A program made the position numbers and the translations under genes. The notes under the pieces are model-generated. The model searched no databases. It had not been told where the DNA came from and saw nothing but the letters and a program-made list of their open reading frames with translations. DNA of 64,000 nt from Tubiluchus corallicola (Eukaryota > Animalia > Priapulida): NCBI GenBank assembly GCA_030141605.1, contig JAQGDQ010000027.1:62001-126000 (forward strand). The letters run 5' to 3'. Positions 25,386 through 36,764 of the stretch are shown here, in pieces. Positions within the stretch are counted from its first letter, which is position 1. Every line of letters begins with the position of its first letter.

Positions 25386-26539
25386 CTTGCGATTTTGTCC
25401 TCTTCGCCTACCGGGAGGTGCCCCAAGAGTCGACTGGTTATAGCCCCAATGAATTAGTGTTTGGATATCCAGTCCGGGGACCATTAGCTGCTTTAAAAGA
25501 ACGCTGGGGCTGTAGCAACCCTCCCAATCTGGAAAGCGTAGACGAGTATGTCGAACGTATTATTAATACTCTCGAGTCTACCACTGAAGAAGCCCATGAA
25601 GCACTTCGGGATGCCAAAATTTCCCAAAAGAAGTGGTATGACCGTGTGTCAAGAGATAGGAGCCATGAGATTGGAGACAAGGTATTAGTTCAACGTCTTA
25701 GAAAAGGAGGAAAAATGCAGGCTGGATGGAGAGGTCCCTATACAATAATAGATAAAGTGTCCGACTGGACTTATAAAGTCGATATGGGTAATAGAGGCAG
25801 GCGACGAGATATCCGGTTGTTCCACGTTAACAAACTGAAACCTTACATACATCGTGAGGAGGAAATGATTTTGTTAGCTATGTGTGAGAATGACGAAAAA
25901 GGTGATGGTGACAATGATGACAATGTTGGTGATGAGTATGATGGTGCGGAAGATGAAGCTTATATTGGTGAAGGATTTATAGAGAAAAGTAACCTACCCG
26001 ATTATGCCTTTCCTCCCACAGCCACACCCACACTGTCAGTGAAAGATGTGGAATTGCCTGAGTATCTTTCAGATGCATGCGAGAAAAGCTTCCGTCACTT
26101 ACAACAAGCACTTACATCAGACACGGTACTTCACTCACCCGATTTTAACAAACAATTCATATTAACAACTGATGCTAGCTTTGTAGGGATCGGTGCTGTC
26201 TTATCGCAAGACCGCGAGGATGGGTTAGGCGAAGTGCCGATTACCTACATTAGCCGTAAATTAACACAGACTGAAACACGATATTCAGTTGTCGAATGTG
26301 AGTGTCTGAGTGTAGTGTATGCTGTGGAAAAGCTCCGGTACTATCTCGAAGGTAGACAATTTATAATTAGGACAGATCAAAGGAGCTTACTTGCGCTTGA
26401 CAAAATGCGCAAAAATAACAGGAGGCTTTGCCATTGGGCGCTTAAGCTATCGGAATTTTCATTTACTATAGACCATATTCCTGGTTCGCAGAATTTGGTC
26501 GCGGATGCACTATCAAGAGATTTCTTGTATAACGCATAA
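25349..26539 (+). CDS. pol: Pol part 2: integrase C-terminus (GPY/F) joined directly to RNase H, RT absent (copy 1)
   Basis: Shifted frame reads YTEDDAQLPWDIACDFVLFAYREVPQESTGYSP, then WRGPY and FHVNKLKPY, then TDAS..GIGAVLSQ, YSVVECECL, TDQ, NLVADALSR. No YxDD motif. Confidence 0.9.
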   Translation, partial: YTEDDAQLPWDIACDFVLFAYREVPQESTGYSPNELVFGYPVRGPLAALKERWGCSNPPNLESVDEYVERIINTLESTTEEAHEALRDAKISQKKWYDRVSRDRSHEIGDKVLVQRLRKGGKMQAGWRGPYTIIDKVSDWTYKVDMGNRGRRRDIRLFHVNKLKPYIHREEEMILLAMCENDEKGDGDNDDNVGDEYDGAEDEAYIGEGFIEKSNLPDYAFPPTATPTLSVKDVELPEYLSDACEKSFRHLQQALTSDTVLHSPDFNKQFILTTDASFVGIGAVLSQDREDGLGEVPITYISRKLTQTETRYSVVECECLSVVYAVEKLRYYLEGRQFIIRTDQRSLLALDKMRKNNRRLCHWALKLSEFSFTIDHIPGSQNLVADALSRDFLYNA

Positions 26540-26897
26540 ATGAAATGCTAAATTGTCGATGCCTGATTATTGTTCAGCAAAGTACACCTACTTGCTTGAA
26601 TTTGTTTTCAAATTTATATTCCTTATGTCTGAGTTATAGGAGTTTGTTCAGAATATGTAGTTTTGAATTAACTAAAGTGAATACTAGTTAATTGTTGATC
26701 TGCAACTTTTGTTATAGTCAAATAGTGACTAGTCTGACTACTACAGTTTCGTACTTATCATTTGCTATTGAATTTTGAATTATAGATTTTGTTTCATATG
26801 TTTTTGTGTATGCTCTTGTGCTTGCACGCTTGTATGCCATTTGAAATGTTGTAGAAATGTTTCTTGTACTCTTTGAATTTTGGTAAAATTCTTTTCT

Positions 26898-26904
26898 GGG
26901 GGAG
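26898..26904 (+). promoter_or_regulatory. Polypurine tract (copy 1)
   Basis: GGGGGAG 3 nt before the LTR start; repeated at 33210-33216. Confidence 0.7.
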
Positions 26905-26907
26905 CTC

Positions 26908-28123
26908 TGCAGCCCTATACAATAGTGCTCTCATTTTATCGTACTAATTAAATTTCTACAATTAAGATTGCTAAGTTAAGCAGAGTAGCGCCAATGAGTT
27001 TAATTTTGTAGTGCTAAATGAAAAGTTTATTTTGTTTATATATGTAATTATTATCTCTCAGACTAGTATAGTAGTGCCATCTACTGTCAACTTTGTTTAT
27101 CAAAGAAAGAAACCAGGGACATGAACTTGACAGGTGTGCTTCCTTATTTGGCAAGTATGACCACCAATCCTGAGTGATGATAAATAGGACATTCACAGCT
27201 GCTACTCTTTATAACCTGTTTGATTGGTCAGATTTAGGTGACCTTTACATGATATGCAGCCATTCAGCTGAGAGCAAACAGGTTTTTACCTGGAAAAACG
27301 AGGCCACAGAGCAAGGTGTGGAAAGTGTGGCTTTGCAATATGGTTGCTCTACTTGAGTTTTATCAGTTCTTAGTTTAAAGGACAATATTGCATTTATTAA
27401 TGGAATTTCCTCAACAGAAACAGAGTACTTTTACAATGGTTATACTCAGTCTTTGTGATCCTGGGCTATCCGTTGTTTAGGAAGCCCCTAGAGACTTTGC
27501 CGTTTATGGTGGAGGAGACCAAGTCGTGAAATGGACAATTGGTAGTTCTCAGAGAGCCAACCTGTGGTCGGTCTTCCTGTCAGTGTCTTCAGATACGCCG
27601 GACTTGATACAACGCATTACTCAGTCGATGAAGTTAATGCCACGCCTGATGTTATCTAATTGCCTGTTTGAGAAGTTACCGTTTGGGAAGCCTGCCGTCA
27701 GAGTGTTCCAGTACACGCCGCCGTCGACAGCGACAGTGACGGGGTTAAGCTAGCTAGCCAACGTGTGCACAGAGACTCACGATAAGTACAGTTTATGGTG
27801 TTTGTGATACATTTAAAACCCGGGTAAAATTTAAGACAGTAGCTAAACTATAATTCGTAGTATGTATTTGTTTATTATTTCTCAAATGTGTTTTTTATGC
27901 TAAATAATATTGAGTTTATAGCTAATTGGTCGTTTGTCTATCTGTTCTGATAATGTTAGATTCTCACGTTAAGGAAGCTCGCCAGGGACCCACAGCCTTA
28001 GATCAAATAAAGCTTGCTGTTTCTTTAAGTATTTATGGTGTGTTAGCACCAGTGTTATAGTGATAATCTTGCCATCCTGACATAAACACATTTACAGCAT
28101 TTTAGGCCAAACGGATTATCACA
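26908..28123 (+). repeat. Shared middle LTR (1216 bp)
   Basis: Follows the PPT, ends TCACA and is followed by a PBS. AATAAA at 28006-28011. The 5' end reads TGCAGCCC, 3 nt shorter than the 3' LTR. Confidence 0.92.
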
Positions 28124-28124
28124 G

Positions 28125-28137
28125 TGGTGTCAGAAGT
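28125..28137 (+). promoter_or_regulatory. Primer-binding site, tRNA-Leu type (copy 2)
   Basis: TGGTGTCAGAAGT, 1 nt after the LTR end. Confidence 0.8.
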
Positions 28138-28781
28138 TTTGCTGTGTCTGACCTCATTTACACTTCCTGTTCAGCGAGTATTTTAACGTTATCAGAACGT
28201 CTGTTTTGACTGGCGCTACTCGATATTTTAAGGTATAGAAGCCATACTAGGTAGGCTTGCAGTAGTAAGCTAAAGTTAAAGCAAATATAATATTTTACTC
28301 TCACGCTGCAATTTACCAATGTATTTGTACTTGCTCGTTCAAGCTAGTTTATACTTGAATTGCCCTGTAGTGAAAACTTTTCTTTCGCTCGAGAAAAACG
28401 TTTATTTTCGTTAAACAGGTCAAGAATAATTTGTCACAAAACTTTTATTTGGAGGAGGCATGAGACGCTTGCTTTTTAAAGCTGCTATATGAACATCGCA
28501 GAATTATTTGGCTTCGTCGCTGCGCTGTTAGTGTTAGTTTTGTTTAAATTATCCTTGCTGGTCAATTCTTAATAGCATAAACTGCGTAACTTGGTACTGC
28601 GTGAGTGGTTAGAAGTTGACCTTGACTGATTGTCAGAGTGATTGATCTTTGCCGCTCTTGTGTGGAGGCGTGATTGTAATATAGTAATCACAGCTGGCGC
28701 TGTGTAAATAAACAAATAAATACTTTTATTGCTCCATTCCAGTGCAACTATTAAAACATAGAACTATAACGTATAATATTA

Positions 28782-30218
28782 ATGGCGGAGCATGCACGAT
28801 ATTCTCTAGCTCAGCTGACACAAATGAAAAGAGATGACTTGTTTGAAGTTGCCAGAAAATTAGGCCTAGATTTTGAGTCCTCAGTTACTCGTGCTCAGCT
28901 GATGGAACGAATTTATGAAGTCGCAGGTCTCCGTACTACTGTTGAGGAAGTTGATAAAGCGGGAGGCACAACTTCAGACCCTGAAAGTGACCCCGATGCG
29001 GATCCAGTTTCTAGTGGACCAACTGATATGCCTGTTCAACAGAAACATGCACAGATGGGAGAGAGTAGAGATTTAAGCGTAAAGCCCAAGTCTTTGGGCA
29101 CTACAAAACCTACAATGGGGACGCCTGTTGCAGGCTATAGTGCTCACGGTTCTGTTTTGGATGCCACTGCTCATACTCCGCCCCCTTTGCTGTTTCGCGA
29201 TGCTACGATGGCTGGACATTCTCTCCCAGCACCTCCCCCTGGATATAGCATGCCAGACGTCTCTTTGGAAGCTTTGTCTGCTGTAACAGATAACCCAGCT
29301 CAAGTTTTACTCCAGCTTCAGCAACTCCGGGCTGAACAAGTGCGAGATGAGCGTAGATTAGCGGAAATGCAGCTAGAGATGAAAAAGTTGGAATTTTCTG
29401 CAGCACACACTGCGCGGTCGAATCCTGCTCATGGTTCTGCCCTTAACTCAAGTTTGGATACGCCCAATGTCTCGACTGCTAATGTAATAAAACGTCTCAA
29501 GTTTCGCATGTATGACGAAACAACGGAGGATATTGAGATTTTCTTGGACTGTTTTGCGCAGTCAGCTACTGCTAATGCTATTCCCCAGGAACGCTGGGCA
29601 GCGTCCTTAGGCCCTGTTCTAACTGGAAAAGCTGCCATAGCTTACCAGCAGGTTCCACCAGAGCAACTACGAAATTATCCTGTTGTGAGACAAGCTGTGC
29701 TGTCTGCATATTTTCTGAGCCCGCACATTTACCTGGATCGGTTTAGAGCCATTGCAAAGCAGAATAATGAGAATTATAAGCAGCTGTTTCAGCGTTTAGA
29801 AAGAGGATGGAACACATATCTCAATGCAATTGAAGTCGAGTCTTTCGAAGGCGTAAATGAAGCCGTTGTAATCGAACAAGGATTGCATTGCATGTCTAAA
29901 GAGCTGGCAACTTGGTTAAAGATGCAGCCTGACACGCTGAAGTCTATTAACAAAATAGCAGAAAGAGCTGATCAGTATATTGCGGCCACTGGTGGTTTAT
30001 CAACCGTGAAAACAGGACAGCAGTCTCAACGTAGGTTTAATAAGCCAACAAGTGGACAGTTAAGCAATGCTTCTCCTGGTAAAAGTGGAGTTGGTAACCA
30101 GAGTAGTTTCGGTGGTAGTAGAGGATCAAGTACTGCTAGAATTCACTGTTTTAAATGTGGTAAACCCGGCCATCGTCGTAGTGAATGCAAAATGCCTTCG
30201 TCTATGCCTAACAGCTAG
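28782..30218 (+). CDS. gag: Gag (copy 2)
   Basis: Translation identical to copy 1. Confidence 0.92.
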   Translation: MAEHARYSLAQLTQMKRDDLFEVARKLGLDFESSVTRAQLMERIYEVAGLRTTVEEVDKAGGTTSDPESDPDADPVSSGPTDMPVQQKHAQMGESRDLSVKPKSLGTTKPTMGTPVAGYSAHGSVLDATAHTPPPLLFRDATMAGHSLPAPPPGYSMPDVSLEALSAVTDNPAQVLLQLQQLRAEQVRDERRLAEMQLEMKKLEFSAAHTARSNPAHGSALNSSLDTPNVSTANVIKRLKFRMYDETTEDIEIFLDCFAQSATANAIPQERWAASLGPVLTGKAAIAYQQVPPEQLRNYPVVRQAVLSAYFLSPHIYLDRFRAIAKQNNENYKQLFQRLERGWNTYLNAIEVESFEGVNEAVVIEQGLHCMSKELATWLKMQPDTLKSINKIAERADQYIAATGGLSTVKTGQQSQRRFNKPTSGQLSNASPGKSGVGNQSSFGGSRGSSTARIHCFKCGKPGHRRSECKMPSSMPNS

Positions 30219-31697
30219 AAAGTTCCACAAAAATCTGGTAACCTATTTTATGGTAAGGCAGCTGAACGCACCAAGTCAAATGAGAGCATGGAAAGTGTAC
30301 CGGATCACACGTTACCCTATCGCTTCTCGGCTCGCATTAACGGCATCAAAGTGACAAGATGCCAGCGTGATACTGGTGCCAGCATCAGCGTCGTTCTACC
30401 CCAGTATGTTAGACCTGACCAGTATTTGGATAGAGCACCCCAATGTATCTTGTGCTTTTGTGGCCAATCAAATAACTGCAAGATGGCAGAAGTCGAACAA
30501 GAGGGACCTGAATTCTCTGGTCTTTTGACTGTTGGTGTAAACCCAACCTTACCCATGGATTTCTTGTTGGGCAACGATTTTGAGTTTGCACTACGGCCCT
30601 TTCCAAACTCGAGCGAAGTTTGTTCAGAAGCTCAAAGCTCTAAAAAGGGAAAGCTCAGAGCAGTGTCTGCTCCCAAGAAGAAAAATGGAAGCACCACATA
30701 CAGTTCAAACACTGTTGGTGATACAGATGGGAATAATTCTTCCGACAAGGCTAAAACAGCTTTTGCAATTACTCGCTCTAAAGCTGCGCAACGTAAAACG
30801 GAAACTGAAAGAGATGTCCATTTGCAACAACAAGCATTTGCTCCAGTTGATGTCATTGGTCAAGTCAAATTGCACTCCAGCAAGCCACCTAGCACGGGCT
30901 TATTGAACTTAGAACTAGATCAGTTGCGAAAAGAGCAAGCAGAAGATATCAGTATCAGGAATCTAATTGACAATGCAGTCACAGAAAAGAAGGCATTGTC
31001 TGCTGGTAAAGGCTACTTTTTGCGGGATGGCATCCTTTACTATCTCTCTCATGACAGGAAAGCTGCAAACCCGCGTTCACTTTTAGTTCTGCCCAAGGGA
31101 CGGAGAAAGAAAGTGCTCAGTCTCGCCCATGATAACAAACTCTCAGGACATTTTGGAATTAACAAAACAACCAACAGAGTTCTTTTGGAGTACATATGGC
31201 CTCATGTTAAGCGGAGCATAAGGCAATACTGTAAATCCTGTCCTACGTGCCAACGAACTGCTCGTGTACGTCATACAGATCGGGCCAAGCTTAAACCACT
31301 GGAAATACCTGACAGAGCATTTCGCATGATTGGTATGGATCTAATTGGTCCCTTGCCAAGGACACCTTCAGGCAACAAGTATGCTCTGGTGTTGGTTGAC
31401 CATGTAACCAGATATCCTGACTGTTATCCACTGCAGAACATTGAGACGACCACAGTTGTCCAGGCACTACTCAAGTTCTGTTGTCACTTTGGTATTCCAC
31501 GTCAGATCCTAACAGATCGTGGCACTCAGTTTATGGCTCACATCATCCGTGAATTAGAGCAATCACTGGGTGTCAAAGCAATTTATACTTCTCCGTACTC
31601 AGCTTCCACTAATGGACTCACAGAACGTTTGAACCAGACCCTTAAAGCATCCATTATTATTATACAGAAGATGATGCACAATTACCTTGGGACATAG
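30219..31697 (+). CDS. pol: Pol part 1: protease + integrase core (copy 2)
   Basis: Identical to copy 1, with the same frameshift. Confidence 0.9.
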   Translation, partial: KVPQKSGNLFYGKAAERTKSNESMESVPDHTLPYRFSARINGIKVTRCQRDTGASISVVLPQYVRPDQYLDRAPQCILCFCGQSNNCKMAEVEQEGPEFSGLLTVGVNPTLPMDFLLGNDFEFALRPFPNSSEVCSEAQSSKKGKLRAVSAPKKKNGSTTYSSNTVGDTDGNNSSDKAKTAFAITRSKAAQRKTETERDVHLQQQAFAPVDVIGQVKLHSSKPPSTGLLNLELDQLRKEQAEDISIRNLIDNAVTEKKALSAGKGYFLRDGILYYLSHDRKAANPRSLLVLPKGRRKKVLSLAHDNKLSGHFGINKTTNRVLLEYIWPHVKRSIRQYCKSCPTCQRTARVRHTDRAKLKPLEIPDRAFRMIGMDLIGPLPRTPSGNKYALVLVDHVTRYPDCYPLQNIETTTVVQALLKFCCHFGIPRQILTDRGTQFMAHIIRELEQSLGVKAIYTSPYSASTNGLTERLNQTLKASIIIIQKMMHNYLGT

Positions 31698-32851
31698 CTT
31701 GCGATTTTGTCCTCTTCGCCTACCGGGAGGTGCCCCAAGAGTCGACTGGTTATAGCCCCAATGAATTAGTGTTTGGATATCCAGTCCGGGGACCATTAGC
31801 TGCTTTAAAAGAACGCTGGGGCTGTAGCAACCCTCCCAATCTGGAAAGCGTAGACGAGTATGTCGAACGTATTATTAATACTCTCGAGTCTACCACTGAA
31901 GAAGCCCATGAAGCACTTCGGGATGCCAAAATTTCCCAAAAGAAGTGGTATGACCGTGTGTCAAGAGATAGGAGCCATGAGATTGGAGACAAGGTATTAG
32001 TTCAACGTCTTAGAAAAGGAGGAAAAATGCAGGCTGGATGGAGAGGTCCCTATACAATAATAGATAAAGTGTCCGACTGGACTTATAAAGTCGATATGGG
32101 TAATAGAGGCAGGCGACGAGATATCCGGTTGTTCCACGTTAACAAACTGAAACCTTACATACATCGTGAGGAGGAAATGATTTTGTTAGCTATGTGTGAG
32201 AATGACGAAAAAGGTGATGGTGACAATGATGACAATGTTGGTGATGAGTATGATGGTGCGGAAGATGAAGCTTATATTGGTGAAGGATTTATAGAGAAAA
32301 GTAACCTACCCGATTATGCCTTTCCTCCCACAGCCACACCCACACTGTCAGTGAAAGATGTGGAATTGCCTGAGTATCTTTCAGATGCATGCGAGAAAAG
32401 CTTCCGTCACTTACAACAAGCACTTACATCAGACACGGTACTTCACTCACCCGATTTTAACAAACAATTCATATTAACAACTGATGCTAGCTTTGTAGGG
32501 ATCGGTGCTGTCTTATCGCAAGACCGCGAGGATGGGTTAGGCGAAGTGCCGATTACCTACATTAGCCGTAAATTAACACAGACTGAAACACGATATTCAG
32601 TTGTCGAATGTGAGTGTCTGAGTGTAGTGTATGCTGTGGAAAAGCTCCGGTACTATCTCGAAGGTAGACAATTTATAATTAGGACAGATCAAAGGAGCTT
32701 ACTTGCGCTTGACAAAATGCGCAAAAATAACAGGAGGCTTTGCCATTGGGCGCTTAAGCTATCGGAATTTTCATTTACTATAGACCATATTCCTGGTTCG
32801 CAGAATTTGGTCGCGGATGCACTATCAAGAGATTTCTTGTATAACGCATAA
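31661..32851 (+). CDS. pol: Pol part 2: integrase C-terminus + RNase H, RT absent (copy 2)
   Basis: Identical to copy 1. Confidence 0.9.
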   Translation, partial: YTEDDAQLPWDIACDFVLFAYREVPQESTGYSPNELVFGYPVRGPLAALKERWGCSNPPNLESVDEYVERIINTLESTTEEAHEALRDAKISQKKWYDRVSRDRSHEIGDKVLVQRLRKGGKMQAGWRGPYTIIDKVSDWTYKVDMGNRGRRRDIRLFHVNKLKPYIHREEEMILLAMCENDEKGDGDNDDNVGDEYDGAEDEAYIGEGFIEKSNLPDYAFPPTATPTLSVKDVELPEYLSDACEKSFRHLQQALTSDTVLHSPDFNKQFILTTDASFVGIGAVLSQDREDGLGEVPITYISRKLTQTETRYSVVECECLSVVYAVEKLRYYLEGRQFIIRTDQRSLLALDKMRKNNRRLCHWALKLSEFSFTIDHIPGSQNLVADALSRDFLYNA

Positions 32852-33219
32852 ATGAAATGCTAAATTGTCGATGCCTGATTATTGTTCAGCAAAGTACACC
32901 TACTTGCTTGAATTTGTTTTCAAATTTATATTCCTTATGTCTGAGTTATAGGAGTTTGTTCAGAATATGTAGTTTTGAATTAACTAAAGTGAATACTAGT
33001 TAATTGTTGATCTGCAACTTTTGTTATAGTCAAATAGTGACTAGTCTGACTACTACAGTTTCGTACTTATCATTTGCTATTGAATTTTGAATTATAGATT
33101 TTGTTTCATATGTTTTTGTGTATGCTCTTGTGCTTGCACGCTTGTATGCCATTTGAAATGTTGTAGAAATGTTTCTTGTACTCTTTGAATTTTGGTAAAA
33201 TTCTTTTCTGGGGGAGCTC

Positions 33220-34438
33220 TGTGACAGCCCTATACAATAGTGCTCTCATTTTATCGTACTAATTAAATTTCTACAATTAAGATTGCTAAGTTAAGCAGAG
33301 TAGCGCCAATGAGTTTAATTTTGTAGTGCTAAATGAAAAGTTTATTTTGGTTATATATGTAATTATTATCTCTCAGACTAGTATAGTAGTGCCATCTACT
33401 GTCAACTTTGTTTATCAAAGAAAGAAACCAGGGACATGAACTTGACAGGTGTGCTTCCTTATTTGGCAAGTATGACCACCAATCCTGAGTGATGATAAAT
33501 AGGACATTCACAGCTGCTACTCTTTGTAACCTGTTTGATTGGTCAGATTTAGGTGACCTTTACATGATATGCAGCCATTCAGCTGAGAGCAAACAGGTTT
33601 TTACCTGGAAAAACGAGGCCACAGAGCAAGGTGTGGAAAGTGTGGCTTTGCAATATGGTTGCTCTACTTGAGTTTTATCAGTTCTTAGTTTAAAGGACAA
33701 TATTGCATTTATTAATGGAATTTCCTCAACAGAAACAGAGTACTTTTACAATGGTTATACTCAGTCTTTGTGATCCTGGGCTATCCGTTGTTTAGGAAGC
33801 CCCTAGAGACTTTGCCGTTTATGGTGGAGGAGACCAAGTCGTGAAATGGACAATTGGTAGTTCTCAGAGAGCCAACCTGTGGTCGGTCTTCCTGTCAGTG
33901 TCTTCAGATACGCCGGACTTGATACAACGCATTACTCAGTCGATGAAGTTAATGCCACGCCTGATGTTATCTAATTGCCTGTTTGAGAAGTTACCGTTTG
34001 GGAAGCCTGCCGTCAGAGTGTTCCAGTACACGCCGCCGTCGACAGCGACAGTGACGGGGTTAAGCTAGCTAGCCAACGTGTGCACAGAGACTCACGATAA
34101 GTACAGTTTATGGTGTTTGTGATACATTTAAAACCCGGGTAAAATTTAAGACAGTAGCTAAACTATAATTCGTAGTATGTATTTGTTTATTATTTCTCAA
34201 ATGTGTTTTTTATGCTAAATAATATTGAGTTTATAGCTAATTGGTCGTTTGTCTATCTGTTCTGATAATGTTAGATTCTCACGTTAAGGAAGCTCGCCAG
34301 GGACCCACAGCCTTAGATCAAATAAAGCTTGCTGTTTCTTTAAGTATTTATGGTGTGTTAGCACCAGTGTTATGGTGATAATCTTGCCATCCTGACATAA
34401 ACACATTTACAGCATTTTAGGCCAAACGGATTATCACA
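33220..34438 (+). repeat. 3' LTR (1219 bp)
   Basis: TGTGA...TCACA terminal inverted repeat, preceded by the PPT; near-identical to 26908-28123. Confidence 0.93.
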
Positions 34439-34560
34439 ATTATCATCATCATCGTCGTCGTCGTCATCATCATCACCATCATTACCATCATCGTCATCAT
34501 CATCATCATCATCACCATCATATCACCACCACCATCATTATCATCATCATCGTCGTCACT
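34439..34560. repeat. (ATC)n microsatellite split by the LTR insertion (left part ~21684-21710)
   Basis: The same ATC/GTC repeat flanks both sides of the element. Confidence 0.8.
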
Positions 34561-35852
34561 AGCAACAACAACGGCAGCACAATTATTTGCAGTTATTGCT
34601 TTTATTTATTTTTTCTGTTTATACAGCACATAATGGCTAGGACAAAATGAGTCACTTCTCACAGCTTCATGCATGCCTAATGGTACTAGAGAGACTGTCA
34701 CAGATTTCTCTTCCTTGTTTTGTTCTCTGTACTTTATGACCGACCATTAACTCAACCACGGCTAGAGAGCTTTGTCATTAACACTATCTCTGCATATCCC
34801 ATAAAATAAACCCTTATTTTTATTCAAATATACACACCATTAATACAGAAAAAATACATTGGTTGAAGATTTATTGTCGGTGACACAGATTGGGTAGGGT
34901 TTGAGAGCATTTCCTGTGCACAAAAGCGCAGATTGTGCAGTGAGCAAATGGCCGTGAACAAAGATAACTATTCTAGAAATATTCTGCAAAATTAACCAAT
35001 GTGAAAATTAATCAGTAGGCACTATTATTTACACTTCAATCAGCACCAATCAGAAAACTTCTAGTTCTATGTTGAAACACAAAAATGCTTGTGTTTTACG
35101 TTAAGTAAATGACATTAATTGATGCCAGTTAAATATCGGTTAGGTTACTCCTGATTACTCAGAGGGTGATGGCCCTATATATGGTATAGGTGGTTGCGTC
35201 ACTTGTGCGTCACATTGAAAAGTATGTACTTCATTTCATTACGTTCTTACGAAATTTAGAATGAATTTTAGCGACTATGGTCCTGCTAATCAATTAATTT
35301 TTATAATTTTGCTTTTTGGCTCTACGTTTTTAGTCAATTTTTGCACTGTAACGTCACAGTAAAGTTAGGATTTTTTAAATTGTCACGAATGGTGTTCTAA
35401 TTGCAACTCCTAAAGAAACGGACGAAAGTACATCATGCGATACATAGCACGTGTTTATAAATGTAAATTTATACATTTTAAATGGGTCTAACACGTACGT
35501 TTATACGCGTACGTGTATGCTTCGCATTCTGGAATAGTTGTACACATTCACAAATTCTACAGCTTCCACGATTTCAACAAAAACACGTCGTTTGATTGAT
35601 CAGATGTTTCCTTACGTAAAAATCACGGTCATTTATTTCGCATCAAGTCAACATTACAGTTTGTAATTCAGAAGATTGCTGCGAGATTTTGGAGACAAAT
35701 TGAAAACGCGGCAGGAAGTTTTTGGTGATTATTGGAAAACGTTTTGATGAAACATTACTGCAAATTCTAATCGCAGTTGGTGTTAGCAGAGTAGTTAGGT
35801 AAAAGTTTCAAATTACAATGGCAGCAACCCCAGCAACAAATAGCTCGCTACT

Positions 35853-35870
35853 GGCAGCAATGGCAGCAAT

Positions 35871-35917
<47 letters not shown>

Positions 35918-36046
35918 CAACAACAACAACACAACAACAGCACAGTAGTAGCAACACCAGCAGTAACAGTAACAGCAACAGTAGCACAAACACTAGCAGA
36001 AACAGCAACAACAGCAGTAGTAGCAGCAGCAGCAGTAGAAGCAGCA
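35853..36046. repeat. (CAG)/(CAA)n microsatellite
   Basis: Seen directly. Confidence 0.9.
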
Positions 36047-36286
36047 AAAATCGAGAAAATCTCAACAGTGGCGTCGACTGCAACAGAAGGAAAATTCATT
36101 AGAAACAAGTGTAGTGATAAAAATCGCAGAAATAGCTACAGCAACAGTAACACAAACAGTTAGAGTAACCACATGACCAACAGCAATAGCAGAAATAAAA
36201 TATTTGTATTGCAAGGGTCGGTTAAACATTCTCTTCTTTGAAATGTCTACTTATATTTACAGAAAAAATTGCTGTTGTGCGTTTAC

Positions 36287-36764
36287 CTTGCTTGACTGGT
36301 GGACGACCTTTATCCAGTATACTTATGTTGTAAGCAACACACAGTCCTTCAGTAGGAAACGTATCGCAATCCATGCCCTTTGGCCAGTTAAAGTTAGTTT
36401 TCTCAATCATCTCGGCACAGCTGTCCTGAGTGGCTATGCACAAACCTCGGCACGGTGGAAGTGCCACATTAAGCACGGTGCACACAGGTACAACCATAGA
36501 ACAGAGGAAAAACGTCAACGGTCTACTACACACTGGGTCGTCAAACAGAGGGTCGAATCGTCTTAACACTTTTGTGCACTCGGCCTGATTTTTGTGACCA
36601 AATAAATTGGGAAAAATGGCTTGAGTGTACTCGAACTGCTTCATCATTTGACATTCTGGTAGCGTAATCTCCTGACACTTGCAAGTAGCGGTTCGGCAGG
36701 TTACGGAGATTACTATTAACACCGTTACTACGTTTACGCTAGACGCAGACATTCCCCGAAGCAT
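36287..36764 (-). CDS. Gene C exon 1: signal peptide + near-canonical Frizzled CRD
   Basis: First in-frame ATG at 36764 (alternative 36752). Hydrophobic VNVVTVLIVISV. CRD motifs CQEITLPEC, FPNLFGHKNQ, FFLCS, PVCTVL..LPPCRGLC, WP..C..FP..GLCV. Donor AAG|GTAAAC at 36287/36286; 478 nt, phase 1. Confidence 0.88.

Larger units (their letters stand above)
21711..34438 (+). mobile_element. Tandem dimer of a Gmr1-like Ty3/Gypsy LTR retrotransposon lacking RT ([LTR in gap]-internal-LTR-internal-LTR)
   Basis: 6312-bp period. PBS, gag, protease, integrase upstream of RNase H, PPT and ~1.2-kb LTRs are all visible. ATTAT flanks both ends (21706-21710 and 34439-34443), a candidate 5-bp target-site duplication. 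Confidence 0.93.

Noticed and set aside
27014-27753. Short ORFs in the LTR as env or accessory genes
   Set aside because: They are 60-75 aa, have no motifs and lie inside the LTR.
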